DNA from: Octopus sinensis
Taxonomy: Eukaryota
NCBI RefSeq assembly: GCF_006345805.1
Contig: NC_043001.1
Coordinates: 5,146,001 to 5,210,000 of the forward strand
Direction: 5' to 3'
Length of the DNA: 64,000 bases
This document shows positions 28,599-40,569 of this stretch, one piece after another. Position 1 is the first letter of the stretch. Each line of letters opens with the position of its first letter. Made by a program: the position numbers and the translations under genes. A model generated the notes under the pieces. It did no database searches. It was not told the DNA's origin and was given only the letters and a program-made list of their open reading frames with translations.

Positions 28599-30243
28599 CT
28601 AGAATTGCAATACTTGGCTTTTTCTTCTGTCTTTAGATTATAACAGTTTTTTTAGTTGGTTGTTTTTCATCTCTGAAGATTTACACTCTACGGAGAGTGA
28701 GATGTAGAGAACTATAATAAGTATGCAGAAAGAAAACATCAGAGGTGCAGCGAGAGGATTTGATGGAAGTAACAAAGTGGCAGAAGGAATCCTGCTGACA
28801 GAGAAGGAGGAAGAGTAAAAGGGAGAGGTAGCAAATGAAATTGAAGTTATTTGAAGAATTATACAAATGAGAAATATGTTTTAATATTTTTTAAAGATAA
28901 TAAATACCTTCCTTTAGAAATTTATAATTCATTTCACCATTTTGTATAAAAAAACAAGAAACTTAATAAAAGTGTCATTGCAATTTTTGTATGCATACCG
29001 TATTGCGTGAAATTACCCATGTTGACAAAATCATGAACCCCTATTTGCAAGTTGTATTACGCATACCATTGTACGTATTATAATATATTAAACAACACAA
29101 TTAATGGAAGTTATCTGAGTGATAAAATGTCAGTTCCTCTTTGTGATTTGTATTTTATGAACATTTGACCCGACAACACTTTGAAAGGAATCAACTATTG
29201 ACTAAATCGATGAAAAAATTGAAATTATTTGTATGGGTCGGAGGCAAGTTTAGTGGAAATATATTGTGGGGTTTTTCGACACGTGTCGTCTACGTTTTAC
29301 TCAAGTGATGTGTGTTTCCTTTCCAAAAATTATATGTATGTGTCGATAACATTTACTATGATGACGGCAAAATCCTTCCATGATATGAGTTGAACACTAA
29401 ACTTAGTGAGTAAAAATAAAGAACGAATTTTTTCTTCTCTTTTTCCTCACATAAAATATTCATGAGATTTACCATAGAATAATATGTAGATTTTCTCGAA
29501 GTTTTACTTCACGTTTAATGAAATCAAGTGTTAAATAAATTTGTGTAAAATAGGAAACAACAACATTTGGAAAACATTAGAAAAATCAATAATTGCCGTG
29601 TTAATACGGTATACAGTGCTCTTTAATCTGCATATGAATCCTAAGTGGCTAGTAAGCATTCTATAGAAATTGAATACACGTAAAGATGTCAGGGAACTGC
29701 ATTGAAGGTGACACACCCAGAGAAATGTTTCCGTTAATTTATGTTTATAGAAATTACCAAAGAAATGATTTTTAACAACAGTTAATCTCATCTATCAATC
29801 CATTTGGTTAATGGAAGAACCGAATATTTTCTGAAATTCACATAAACCACAAAAACAGCAATAAGAGAACGGAATAAAATAGTGGAATCGTTTTCCTGTC
29901 TTTTTGTATACATCAAGTGTTATTTATCATAAATAGGATACATTTTCATTAAGATTGCAATTAAAATCAGAAAACCGAGCATGTTAACTCCATATATAAA
30001 AGTATCTCTATATTTTAAAACGAAAATAAATTTCACTTTATTTTGAAATCGAGTGACGTGTCTAGTTTTACCATTTCCTGTTTCACAATAATAGAATTCG
30101 AACGTAATGAAAATGTCCATGTAAGATAAAGATATATTTTGATGGAGAAATAAATATACACATATTAACGAAATATAAACTGTATGCGAGTCTGTGTGAA
30201 TGTATGTGTTCGAACATGCATGCGTAAACATTAAATTTATTAC

Positions 30244-30244
<1 letters not shown>

Positions 30245-30300
<56 letters not shown>
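30245..30300. repeat. (ATT)n microsatellite
   Basis: Direct reading. Confidence 0.95.
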
Positions 30301-31003
30301 CGAGAAATATAGGGTGAATATAACGACGAATTTATGCAGGCTGATAATATGTTTTTCTATCTTTCTCCCTCTCTCTATATTTCTCCTTATCTGCATATGT
30401 GTGTGTACATATCTGTGTGTGTGTGTGTATGAGTGTGCGTATGTATTTGTATGTATATAGAGAGATGCATAGAAAGGTAGCTAGATAGATATATAGATAG
30501 ACATGGAGAGAGAAAGGGGTTGAATAGCCATGGAATGTTATTTGCAGTTATGAGACCAAAGAAAACCTGCAGTATCTAAAAAAAAAATTAAATGTTTAAA
30601 TGTTTTGCCTATTTGATTTTTATGAACTCCAGTTGTCAGTGAGTCACTCGAATAAAATAGATAAATGTGATATTCACATGGCTTTCAGACAATTCTAAAT
30701 GAAAATATATTTCCATTCGGTTCAATGGGCAGATAAAAATTGAATAAATGTGATCTCTGTAAAGCAAACATGACGTTTGTGAAATTTCTTCTTGTCATAT
30801 ATTCACCGTTTATACGTTGATGTACTATTTCTGAAATTTTATTTTCACTTGCTTCACAGATATGAATATAGAAATTTGTATATTTGTATTATTAAAGATT
30901 GAGGTGTTTAAGGTTTGCAAATATACTCGCAAACAATTTCAAAGATTAGAATCAAATATAAATATTTAAATGCCAAGATCGCTGGGTATATGTTTAATAC
31001 ATG

Positions 31004-31065
<62 letters not shown>

Positions 31066-31105
31066 ATATATATATACATATATATATATAATATATATAT
31101 ATATA

Positions 31106-31136
<31 letters not shown>

Positions 31137-31140
31137 ATAT

Positions 31141-31176
<36 letters not shown>

Positions 31177-31744
31177 CGTATATATATATATTATATATAT
31201 ATATGTATATATATATATATGTATATATATATATTATATATATATATATGTATATATATATGTATATATATATATATGTATATAATATATATGTATATAT
31301 CTTCTTACATAGTTTTCGCTTCCCTCTTCTATTGTTCAAGCATATCATGTGTATTGCTGATTCCCCTCCTCCTGGCGGATAACATCTTTGCACCATTCAG
31401 ACCACTCAATAGTCAAACTGTTTAGGTTTTCATTTCTTGCGAGGGGGTTTACAAGACAAGTGAGCTAATCGCTCCTCAGTCTCCTCTTCTCAACTTTCAT
31501 GACACGCGAAGAAATCGTTGAGCTTGTTAGCTCCCGTGCTGCTCCACATACACAGCACTAAAGCAACCTCATATGTAGCGGTCGTGACTGCATCGCTCTA
31601 ACAAGTAGGTGATTTGAGCTTTAATCTTAAATTTCGCTTTACGAATCCCATCAGAGCACATACTATTATTCAAATGAAACGGATTGCGTTAGTGATGTTA
31701 TATCTAAAACCTATGCAAATCTACGTTTAGATTCTATGTATATT

Positions 31745-31930
31745 GGTTTCAAATTTTGGCACAAATCGTGCAATTTCGGGAAATGGTGTAGTCGTTAAAA
31801 TTGACCCCAGTGCTCAACTGGCAATTATTTTATTGACCCTGGAAGGATAAATGGTGAGGTCGACCTATGCGAAATTTGTACTCGGAAAAGCTGGACAAAA
31901 TGCCGCTGAGCATTCTTCCCCTCTTGCTCA
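31745..31930 (-). mobile_element. SINE family B, degenerate
   Basis: ttgaccccagtgctcaactgg...ttgaccctggaaggataaatggtgaggtcgacc is similar to the reverse complement of family B. Confidence 0.6.
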
Positions 31931-32014
31931 CGATTCTAATTGGTGGCTGCATATTGAATACGGTATCATACTCTAGCTAAAAATTGAAGTCATATACACA
32001 CTTTTCAGATATTA

Positions 32015-32200
32015 GTCGATAAGGCTAACAATTTTTAGGGAGGGGTTAATCTATTACATGGACCCAATCTTACTTAGTTTATTGACCCCGAAAGTATGAA
32101 GGGAAATCGATCCCAACGTAATTTGAGCTCAGAAAGTTAAATCGGAGGGAATGCTGCTAAATAATTTGTCCGGAGTGCTAAATTATTCTGCCCGCACGCA
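32015..32200 (-). mobile_element. SINE family B, degenerate
   Basis: ttattgaccccgaaagtatgaagggaaatcgatccc...atttgagctcagaa is similar to the reverse complement of family B. Confidence 0.6.
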
Positions 32201-32487
32201 GCCATGGTAAGCCCGAAGATGGACTGAGGTATTTGTTCTGCTGCATAATTTCCCAATTGTTCCATTCACGTTTTGCTATATTATTGGATAATATACGAAG
32301 TAATACATCGTACACGTACTATGTTATAATACGGAAAAATATTGGTTTGCTGAATATGTACCTCACGTGGTAGATGTTCTTATTAATGTAATATTAAAAC
32401 TTATATAAAACCCCCGAAAACAAATGAAATAAATATCAAAAAGGAAATAAACGAATAAAAACAATCCCAAAATACGTAAGGTTATAT

Positions 32488-32688
32488 CTCTTTACTCTTT
32501 TACTCTTTTACTTGTTTCTGTCATTTGACAGGCTTCTTTCAGTTTCCGTCTACCAAATCCACTCACAAGGCATTGGTTGGCCCGGGGCTATAGCAGAAGA
32601 CACTTGCCCAAGATGCCACGCAGTGGGACTGTACCCGGAACCATGTGGTTGGTAAGCAAGCTACTTACCACACAGACACTCCTGCGTA
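32488..32688 (-). mobile_element. SINE family A with internal deletion (head fused directly to tail)
   Basis: Tail tttacttgtttctgtcatttgac joins directly to aggcttctttcagtttccg; about 200 bp of body present in 2570-2981 is missing. Confidence 0.85.
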
Positions 32689-33126
32689 TTACTATATCTA
32701 GGATCATTTCTACGACCACTAGCATAACAGAAGCGCATAATTCAGTGTCGACATCGCAGGTTGATACTGTTGTTTGTTATCCAGAGGTAATTGGGAAAAT
32801 CGTTACACAACCGACTTAGAGGCAGGGTTCTAGTAAAAATATTTATCATTGTCTCCTGCCCTCACGACAGTCTCTCTAATGCTGTAAAAGAAGACATTTG
32901 CTAGAAATTGACCTTTGATTCTGGGGCCGAAGTTAAACGATCATAAATGTCTTTGAGAGTATGTTATTTATTTGTTTCTTTTTTATTAATTTAGTATTTT
33001 CGTTTCATCCGATTGACTGACGGGATATAGAGATGTATGGTTTATTAGATTTGTTTTCGGTTTAACTCGGATATGTTAATGATATGACAGAAATATCTTA
33101 AACGAGAGGAATGTATTCTGTGAAAT

Positions 33127-33530
33127 GTTAGTTAGTTAGTTGGTTAGTTAATTTTTGGCTCAAAAAGCAAAAAGCAAGGCCATGTAGGGGGACATGGAGT
33201 TATGTACAGGGTGGTGTTCATGTAAAGAGTTCAGGCCACTTGAGGTCAAGGGAGACTTTGAACAAAGCGGTCGTCGGCATCTTCACCATCTCGTCTGGCA
33301 GCTTGTTCCACGGATCCGCAACCCGGACGGAGAAAGCCTCTCTCCTTCGATTGAGATGAAATCGTCGCAGATAGAGCTTTTCGGAGTGACCCCGCAGCCG
33401 ACGCTCTGGAGCAGGAGTGAAGAACAGCTCTTTCAAGAGGTTACACTTTCCGCTTATACATAAACATGATGAGTCAATATATTCTAGTATTCGTAATGAC
33501 ACCGTTTACAAACTCTATGACCGATTTTTA
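33127..33530 (-). mobile_element. CR1-type LINE 3' end, 5'-truncated, with (CTAA)n tail
   Basis: ORF 33218..33502 ends LRGHSEKLYLRRFHLNRRREAFSVRVADPWNKLPDEMVKMPTTALFKVSLD, the typical CR1 ORF2 C-terminus. A short 3' UTR and (ttag)n follow at 33127-33151. Confidence 0.8.
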
Positions 33531-33692
33531 CTCACAAGGCACTAGAATCATATATGTATACTATTCTGCCTAAATAATGGAACTGCAGCTACAGTATCCC
33601 AGCATATCTCACATCTGTTTTCATTCCCCCACTTCACTCTCTATTTCATATCCTCTCTGAAAAAACTATTGCTTAACTATTTTCTCACACCA

Positions 33693-33738
33693 TCTCCGAT
33701 GAACGGATATATAGAATATCCTGGAAACAGCTGTAAGA
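33693..33738 (+). ncRNA. Degenerate hammerhead-like motif
   Basis: tct-CCGATGA-ac-GGATA(tatagaa)TATCC-tg-GAAAC-AGCT-GTA-aga. U4 is replaced by C, and stem III is the palindrome ACAGCTGT. Confidence 0.45.
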
Positions 33739-33968
33739 CCACTTTATAAATATTTTAAAATCTTTGGGATTTTATGTCATTCTGTTAATTTTTTTATATA
33801 TGCGCATGTTGATATATGGCTTAAGTTGGACTCCGCATTCGCATAATTACCGAACCTAGAACTTAACTATAGTCTGTCCATAGCACCTACTCAGCATTAC
33901 CCTTGACATCTTTGTGTCTTCTTGACACCAATACCTCTCATAACCTCAATATATATATATATATATAT

Positions 33969-34517
33969 AGTATATTTGCCATCTAAATATGGCTAACCAC
34001 TAAGGGTGATACTACTGTAAGCTTGTAGCCCCAGGAGAACATCTTCTCCAGCTGGCTATTGACACACTTTCTATGCCCTATCGGTATAAATCTCTGAACG
34101 AAGTATAGATAGTAACTGCACGACAATGTGAAGTATATTCTCGTTTAGAGATTTACCATTGCTTCGTTACACTTTTTCAAGATCAGTGACGAAAAGTCAC
34201 TGGAAAAAGGATATATGTATTTGCATTGGGACCCTTCCATCGAAAACCGGTGATTGTCGTGCGCTGATGACGGGTCAATACCCAGAAACTGCAGTCCGTT
34301 TGTATCACTTAGGTTGACAAGGGAAGGAAGACCTCCCTTTGAAAATACCGATAGGGCACAGAAAGTGTGTCAATAGCCAGATGGAGATGTTCTCCTGGGG
34401 CTACAAACTACAGTAACATCTACCCTTAGTGGTTAGCCATATTTAGATGGCAAATATACTTCACATTGTTGTGCAGTTACTGTCTATACCTCGTTCAGAG
34501 ATTTATTATTGCTTATA
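33969..34517 (+). mobile_element. Non-coding hammerhead-bearing 350-nt monomer (34140-34517) with an inverted, permuted partial copy at its 5' side (33969-34138)
   Basis: Terminal redundancy ctcgtttagagattt (34140) vs ctcgttcagagattt (34490). 33969-34087 is the reverse complement of 34345-34460, and 34086-34138 of 34454-34506. (TA)n lies on both flanks. Confidence 0.75.
34250..34308 (+). ncRNA. Type I hammerhead ribozyme motif
   Basis: CTGATGA (34264-70) C GGGT(caat)ACCC A GAAAC TGCA GTC (34294-96). Stem I is gcg/cgt plus gtgat/atcac across an internal loop. C.A replaces the usual R-Y pair at the base of stem II. Confidence 0.65.
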
Positions 34518-34527
34518 TATATATATA

Positions 34528-34930
34528 CACAGAAGCTGTCCAATAAACTCTTACACACTATTACTAAATGACGCTTCTTCTTGAACGTAATGTTTCTTGC
34601 GGTATACACACTTCTTCGATCGTTGTTGCGGTACTGCTTTGATCCCCTTGGTGAACACAATTTCATTCACTCGGTCAAACAAACCATGAACCGCAGATAT
34701 GATGTCGTGATCATTGTGATACTGGTTCCTAGGCATATCATGTTTCATGCTGGGAACATATGCCAATCAGGTGGAGCCAAGTCAGAATATTACGTAGGGT
34801 GACCAACATGTCCACATCTACAGTTCCGCACAGAAGCCTTTGAATTCAAGAACTTGTGCTAGCGAATTGCGCTTTCGTCAGTTTTTTTATTGATGGCTTT
34901 TCGCAATTGCCTTAGAAAGTTGTTAGAGTA
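34528..34930 (-). mobile_element. Decayed mariner transposase C-terminus
   Basis: Minus strand HPT*YSDLAPPDWHMFP (compare the mariner motif YSPDLAPSD), then ...DIISAVHGLFDRVNEIVFTKGIKAVPQQRSKKCVYRKKHYVQ. Confidence 0.75.
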
Positions 34931-37079
34931 TTGATGATATGGCGCCGTCGAAGATAATCATATACTCATAAGTTAAATTTATTTAAGTATAAATACGAGG
35001 ATGTCAAATCCCTCCATGAAGGAGTGATGCTTGAGCGGTGAAAGTTTGAATATATAAATTTTAACCGTAATTTGAACAGTTTTATTGATATCTACATTGT
35101 TTCGTTTCAGGTAAACTGGCATCTCGCCGTTCAAACAGGACGACTCTGTGCCTGTAAACTCTCATTTTACAAGATCTATTCATCATTGACTGCATAACGG
35201 AGTGTAACATTCATACATAATTGAAGATGCTAACATATAACATCCCAATAATTTAAGGTTTTTATTAGAATGAAATAACCAAAACAATAATTTAAAATTA
35301 CAAGTAAATATTAATAAAATTAAATGTAGACAAGAATAGGGAATTAAAAGAATATAAAATTCATAAACTTTGTTCCTGAATCATTCTTCAGATAACAGCA
35401 GAAATGTTACAATTATCTTAATAATGAAAATTGAATTCTAATTATTGAAAAATAAACTGAAGCAGTATTACCTCATAGGGTGTATCTAGTACTTAAATTT
35501 GACCGCAATTTACACGTAGCTCTTATACCTCCATTTAGTATATCGTGTAATTTCCTACGGAGTTTTGCCTAATCCCTTTCTTATATCTCTCCTTCATGAG
35601 TTGCTTTTTGATCTGACACACTTCAAATCGTTGTCAGCAAAAGTAAACATCTGCGCCAGGAAAACATAATCATGCTAGACAATAGAGTACGAAGATAATA
35701 GAAAGTCATTATATAGCAACTTTTAAAACTAATATTACAGCTGCTGCCTTTTATTTTGCAATACATACACTACGTCTAATAAAGTCATACTTTTCGGAAG
35801 AAAAAAAAAAACTATACTAACAAAATATTATCCAGTCTCTTCTCTATGTACATACGTCAATATGAATCTCTCTCTCTCTCCGTCTCTCTTTGTCTCCCTC
35901 CTTTACTCCTCCCTCTCTGTCTCTTTCCTGTTTATATCGCTCTCATGTTTTTTTTTTCTTCCACTCTCACTAACCATCATTTCACTAAACGAACGAGATG
36001 AAGCTAAGAGGATGAACTGAATAAACAGTGAATTTTACCATGAAATTCCTCTGATCTTCAAACCACGGTTAAGAGTAAACAATCATTTCAGTTCTTTTTT
36101 TTTATATTATGACTTTTTCCTGGAAAGTTCTACTCTTTCGTTGTCTCATTAAATTCTTATACTTTCCATTTTATTTGATTTATTTTCTTTCCAATCTTGA
36201 AACATTTGTTTGTTTGTTTGTTTTTTTACTTAAATGAATGAATTATTTTGGCTAGACGTTGTACATGCACACTTCACTGGCTTTTGTTTTGTTTAACTCA
36301 ACATAGTTTGCTTGCTCTTAAAGCCAGTTGAAGCTGCTATTCATTTCGTGGGGTAGTTGTGGTGTTCATTATTTTAGCATATCAAAATGTTTGCAATGAT
36401 ATTTATTGTGGATATTCGCCCAGTAATAGAGATAAAATAGTCGGAAATATATTTTTCAATTGACGTCCCGGTTAGACCGGTACCGTATCATTGTATTTTA
36501 ATGTTAAACTATCTGTAATAACTCATGATTTTAAGTCTATATTGTTTATAAATAAAAGAATTATTCAACATTGTAACGGAAATTGTCAAAAATATTGATT
36601 GTTGTGATGTGTACTTATGTAATAGGTGTTTCAGTCAGAATGTCGTATTATACACGAGAAATAGTTAATGTAAACCTTTTTGTGAACAATGTATATAATA
36701 TCGAACAGGCATTTCTATCTAACGCTTATTCACACACACATAGATACACACACATATTACTCTCATATTTACATATATTTATATATGAGTGTCACTTATT
36801 TCTCATATTAAAAGAAAAAAAAAACACAACTAAACTGACGTCTGATATAATGGTTGCAGTGACACTTACTGACACAAATATTGAGGCCCAGCCTGGTTAG
36901 TGAGTAAGAAAACGAAATAAACAAAAAATATTATTTATATTAATTACCGCATCTGGAGATACGTATATTACTGGAGACATTCCTTCAAATAATTTGTCAA
37001 GAGACTCTAAATTTCCGTGCGTATACTATTTACAAATAGTATACAGCATTGCAGGCATCTTGTTTATGTAATTATAATT

Positions 37080-38380
37080 ACCTCGGTTGCGAAAGACCTG
37101 TTTGTAGATGCTTTAAGTACGGTTTATTAAAAACAAGTGCACACTGCTGAAGTGCAGCGAATTCGACATTTGAGCTGTGTTGCCTTCCTTACTGTCTGCG
37201 ATGACGGGTATTCAATCAAATTCTTTTAACGGTATTTTCGTTCCCTCACTCTTACATGTATTTTAGATGTACATCTTGTTGGAGAAATCTGTGAATGAAG
37301 TATTCAATCAGTACCTGATAAAATTGGAATAAAATTATTGATTAAGGAGAGACGTTCTTTCATGATACATTTGAAGAAATATGAAATAAAATAACTGTGA
37401 GTTTACCATTTTAATCCAGCGTCTATTCTGAGTTACATTACATACTACATATAATGAATTGGTGATATATTTATATTTGTTAGTCATTTTTCATCAAGCA
37501 GTAGTTCTAATTTTGAATGCTTATAATTTCAGAGGAAATATTTAAAAAAATCTTACTGGTTATCCTAGATTTTTCAAAATAATTCGCGCATTAGTTATAG
37601 CCCTTCTAAATACTACTAAGAGATAAGTACTAATCTGTGGAAAAAACAATATTCTGTTACATTCAACCTGCTTAAACTCCAAATTTCGTATTTGTGCTAC
37701 TTACAAATGAAGTAGGCTGTAATATCGACATTGCAGTCATTATTTGCATGCAGTTGTATACATCCCGGTTGCGAAAGACCTGTTTGTAGATGCTTAAGGC
37801 AGCGAATTCAGCATTTGCGCTGTGTTGCCTCCCTTACTTTCTGCGATGATGGATATTAAATCATATTCTTTTTACTGTATATTCCTTTCTTCACTCTGAA
37901 CTGTATTTTAGATGTTCATCTTGCTCGCATATACATAGATTGAGTACCAGAGCTATGTTAGGTATATATAAGCACAAAATAGCTTTATTCTATAGCACAT
38001 AGCTTGATGGGTACTCAAGTAGGACTTTTGGGAGACGGAGCGGGATGCATTTTTCTTGCATGAAAATAAGAAATGAATAATATGCTGTAGATAGGTACAA
38101 TTCAAAGTGGTGGCCCGCAGACCGGTGCCAGTCAGCGAGACATCAGTTGCCGGAACGACGCAGCGAGTTTCCAGAAAAGAAAGAAACATTGAGATATGCT
38201 TATAAAATGCTTATGTAATATTGTATTAATTGTTTACAAAAGAAATATAAGGCAAAGTAAATTATCAACTTTTACTATATTCATTATATATATTTCCCGT
38301 ATAAATTAATATTACCGGTCCCTAGAACATTGGAAAAAGAAGCTACTGGTACGCCATATGAAATAGTTTGAGAAGCACGG
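37080..38380 (-). mobile_element. Decayed hAT (Charlie/Buster-like) element with a duplicated BED-finger-like remnant
   Basis: The minus-strand end cgtgcttctcaaac resembles hAT termini, and accggtccc and gaccggtgcc are subterminal motifs. 37082-37285 and 37764-37925 are diverged direct copies with pieces translating DEHLKY and LKHLQT. Confidence 0.45.
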
Positions 38381-39529
38381 AACTATAACCAATATAGATC
38401 CTGTTAAAGAATATAATGTGAGAAATGTTGCCAACGAACCCTGAAATAATTTCACTTTTTATATTAAGAAATGTTTTTTTTTTCCTTTTGGTTTACTGAA
38501 TACAAATAAATATGCAATACTTAAATTATAACTATTTATCAAATACTTTGGTGTTTATATAAGATAATGAAATTAATTGTTATTACCTTAAAATAGAATT
38601 AGATAAAAAATTATTTATTTTTGATTTGTGTTTTTGCAAAGAGTATGTTTTTTTTTTAATCGCTTTAAATGCAGCCGATGAGGACCCATCGAAAATATCT
38701 TTCTGCAAAGTTTCAATTAAAAGAGTTCATTTTTTCAATGAGAATATTATAAGAATCAAAATAGAAGAAGGGTCGCCTAACCGAGCATGCCTCTCTTTCT
38801 CTCTATGTTTATCTGCCTCCATCTTTCATACTGAGTACATTAGGTGCATTCATCCTGGACATTTCGTTCTGTCTTTCTGTGTGTTTTTATTTCATTTTTC
38901 ACTTCCACTGTTCCCTATAAACAGCGACCCTCCCCACACCCAAAAAAAAGGAACAGAAAAAACAACCAGCCAACACATATAAAGGCTATCATTATATAGA
39001 GATTGGCTGTAGTATTTCTAAATGGAAACAAGTCTATACTTACTAATTAAGAGTAATTGGATACCTTGTCACTATTTAACAATAAAAAAATCAATATTTT
39101 AGCACTGAATCAATTAACCATAAAAATAGATTTGGTGAAATAGTTATGTGACATCTTTTGATTTCAATAGATTTGAAGAGATTCCAATTGTTTTCACAGC
39201 ACACCCTCCCACACAACACAGGAACATACACATACATGTACATTTACATACATACATATATACATACAAAGACGCACACACACGCACACATATATCGTTT
39301 TTATTGCACTGTTTAAAGTCAGTTTGCATTGCACACATTACTGCCATACCAAAGATTCTGCAATACAATAATTTGCTGGGACAATATATATCAAATTATA
39401 TTTAATATCACTGACGTTTTGAGTTGGCGTACATATACTATGGAGCAAATAGATACATACACTCCTATATATTAGTTTATATATAACTATATACAGCATG
39501 TGTGTATGATTGTGTACTTATATGTCTGT

Positions 39530-39562
<33 letters not shown>

Positions 39563-39593
39563 GATAGATAGATAGATAGATAGATGTACATAT

Positions 39594-40071
39594 ATATATA
39601 AGGACACAGAAAATGGGTCGAAGCAGACAGGAAGCGTTCGATGCTTCCTAGGGCTAAACAGCGGTGGTGTAATTCCCATACGGGACTGTAACGTTAATTT
39701 GACAGTATACAACCACTCTCTCACTCTACCACCACTCATGTCTCTTTGAGACATTTAGAAATTTAATATTTCTGATTACGGTGATCAGTGAATAGATTTC
39801 GCTGTAAATATATATATTTGTGAAAGCTGGACATGCACCTCAATCAGCAGATCTCACTATCCTGGGCTGATGACGGGTTAAGACCCAGAAACATGCATGT
39901 CCTCAGGTGTGAATCTTGGCTGGTAGGGGTGCGTGCCTCCCCTTCACATATATAAGGACACAGAAAATGTGTCAAAGCCGACAAGAAGCGTTCGATGCTT
40001 CCTAGGGCTAAACAGCGGTGGTGCAGTTTCCATACGGGACTGTCACGTTAAGTTGACAGTATACAACCACT
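39594..40071 (+). mobile_element. Non-coding hammerhead-bearing monomer, period 354 nt, about 1.35 copies (direct repeats 39594-39717 and 39948-40071)
   Basis: Hand alignment of 39601-39717 vs 39955-40071 gives 9 mismatches in 117 bp. It carries a hammerhead at 39849-39916 and is homologous in layout to 34140-34517. Confidence 0.8.
39849..39916 (+). ncRNA. Type I hammerhead ribozyme motif
   Basis: Stem I cctggg/ctcagg is extended by tcac/gtga and agat/atct. Core CTGATGA is at 39867-73, then C GGGT(taag)ACCC A, GAAAC at 39888-92, the stem III palindrome ACATGCATGT, and GTC with predicted cleavage after 39901. Confidence 0.7.
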
Positions 40072-40569
40072 TTACTACTTTATGGTTTTCTTAAAAATAA
40101 TTCATTATCTTCAATGCGGTTTGATATGACCAGAAATAATTTTGGTGATGGTCATACTTTCTATGGCAGACTGTTTTCATGCTGGCTTTGTTTAATCACC
40201 TCCAAAATTGATCCGTGATAATTTCTAAAGATGTTAATTCTAGATATATATATTCAGCCTCAACTCAATAAACAAACATTCTTCCGAACACCTATACAAA
40301 TAGGTTTCGGCCTTTCTTTAGGCGCAATTACAGCAAACTTTTTAAAATATATAATTTATCACTGATACGGAAAGATAAAATAGTCCATAACATAACACCG
40401 GTATTGAAATGTTTATTTAGTGAAGCTGATATTAATTGATAACCAGAGAGTATTAACCACATTGTTGCCGGTGACTAAATCCTAAAGAAGATGGAACCAG
40501 GCATCGTCGAGTTGACCAATTCTTGCATTGGATAATATGGCGTCAAAATGGTATCCTGCGCTCTAAGAA

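Noticed and set aside
39594-40071. Direct repeats read as the LTRs of a TRIM or as a CRISPR-like array
   Set aside because: There are no TG...CA ends, primer-binding site or polypurine tract, and only two long repeats. The internal hammerhead fits a tandem monomer better.
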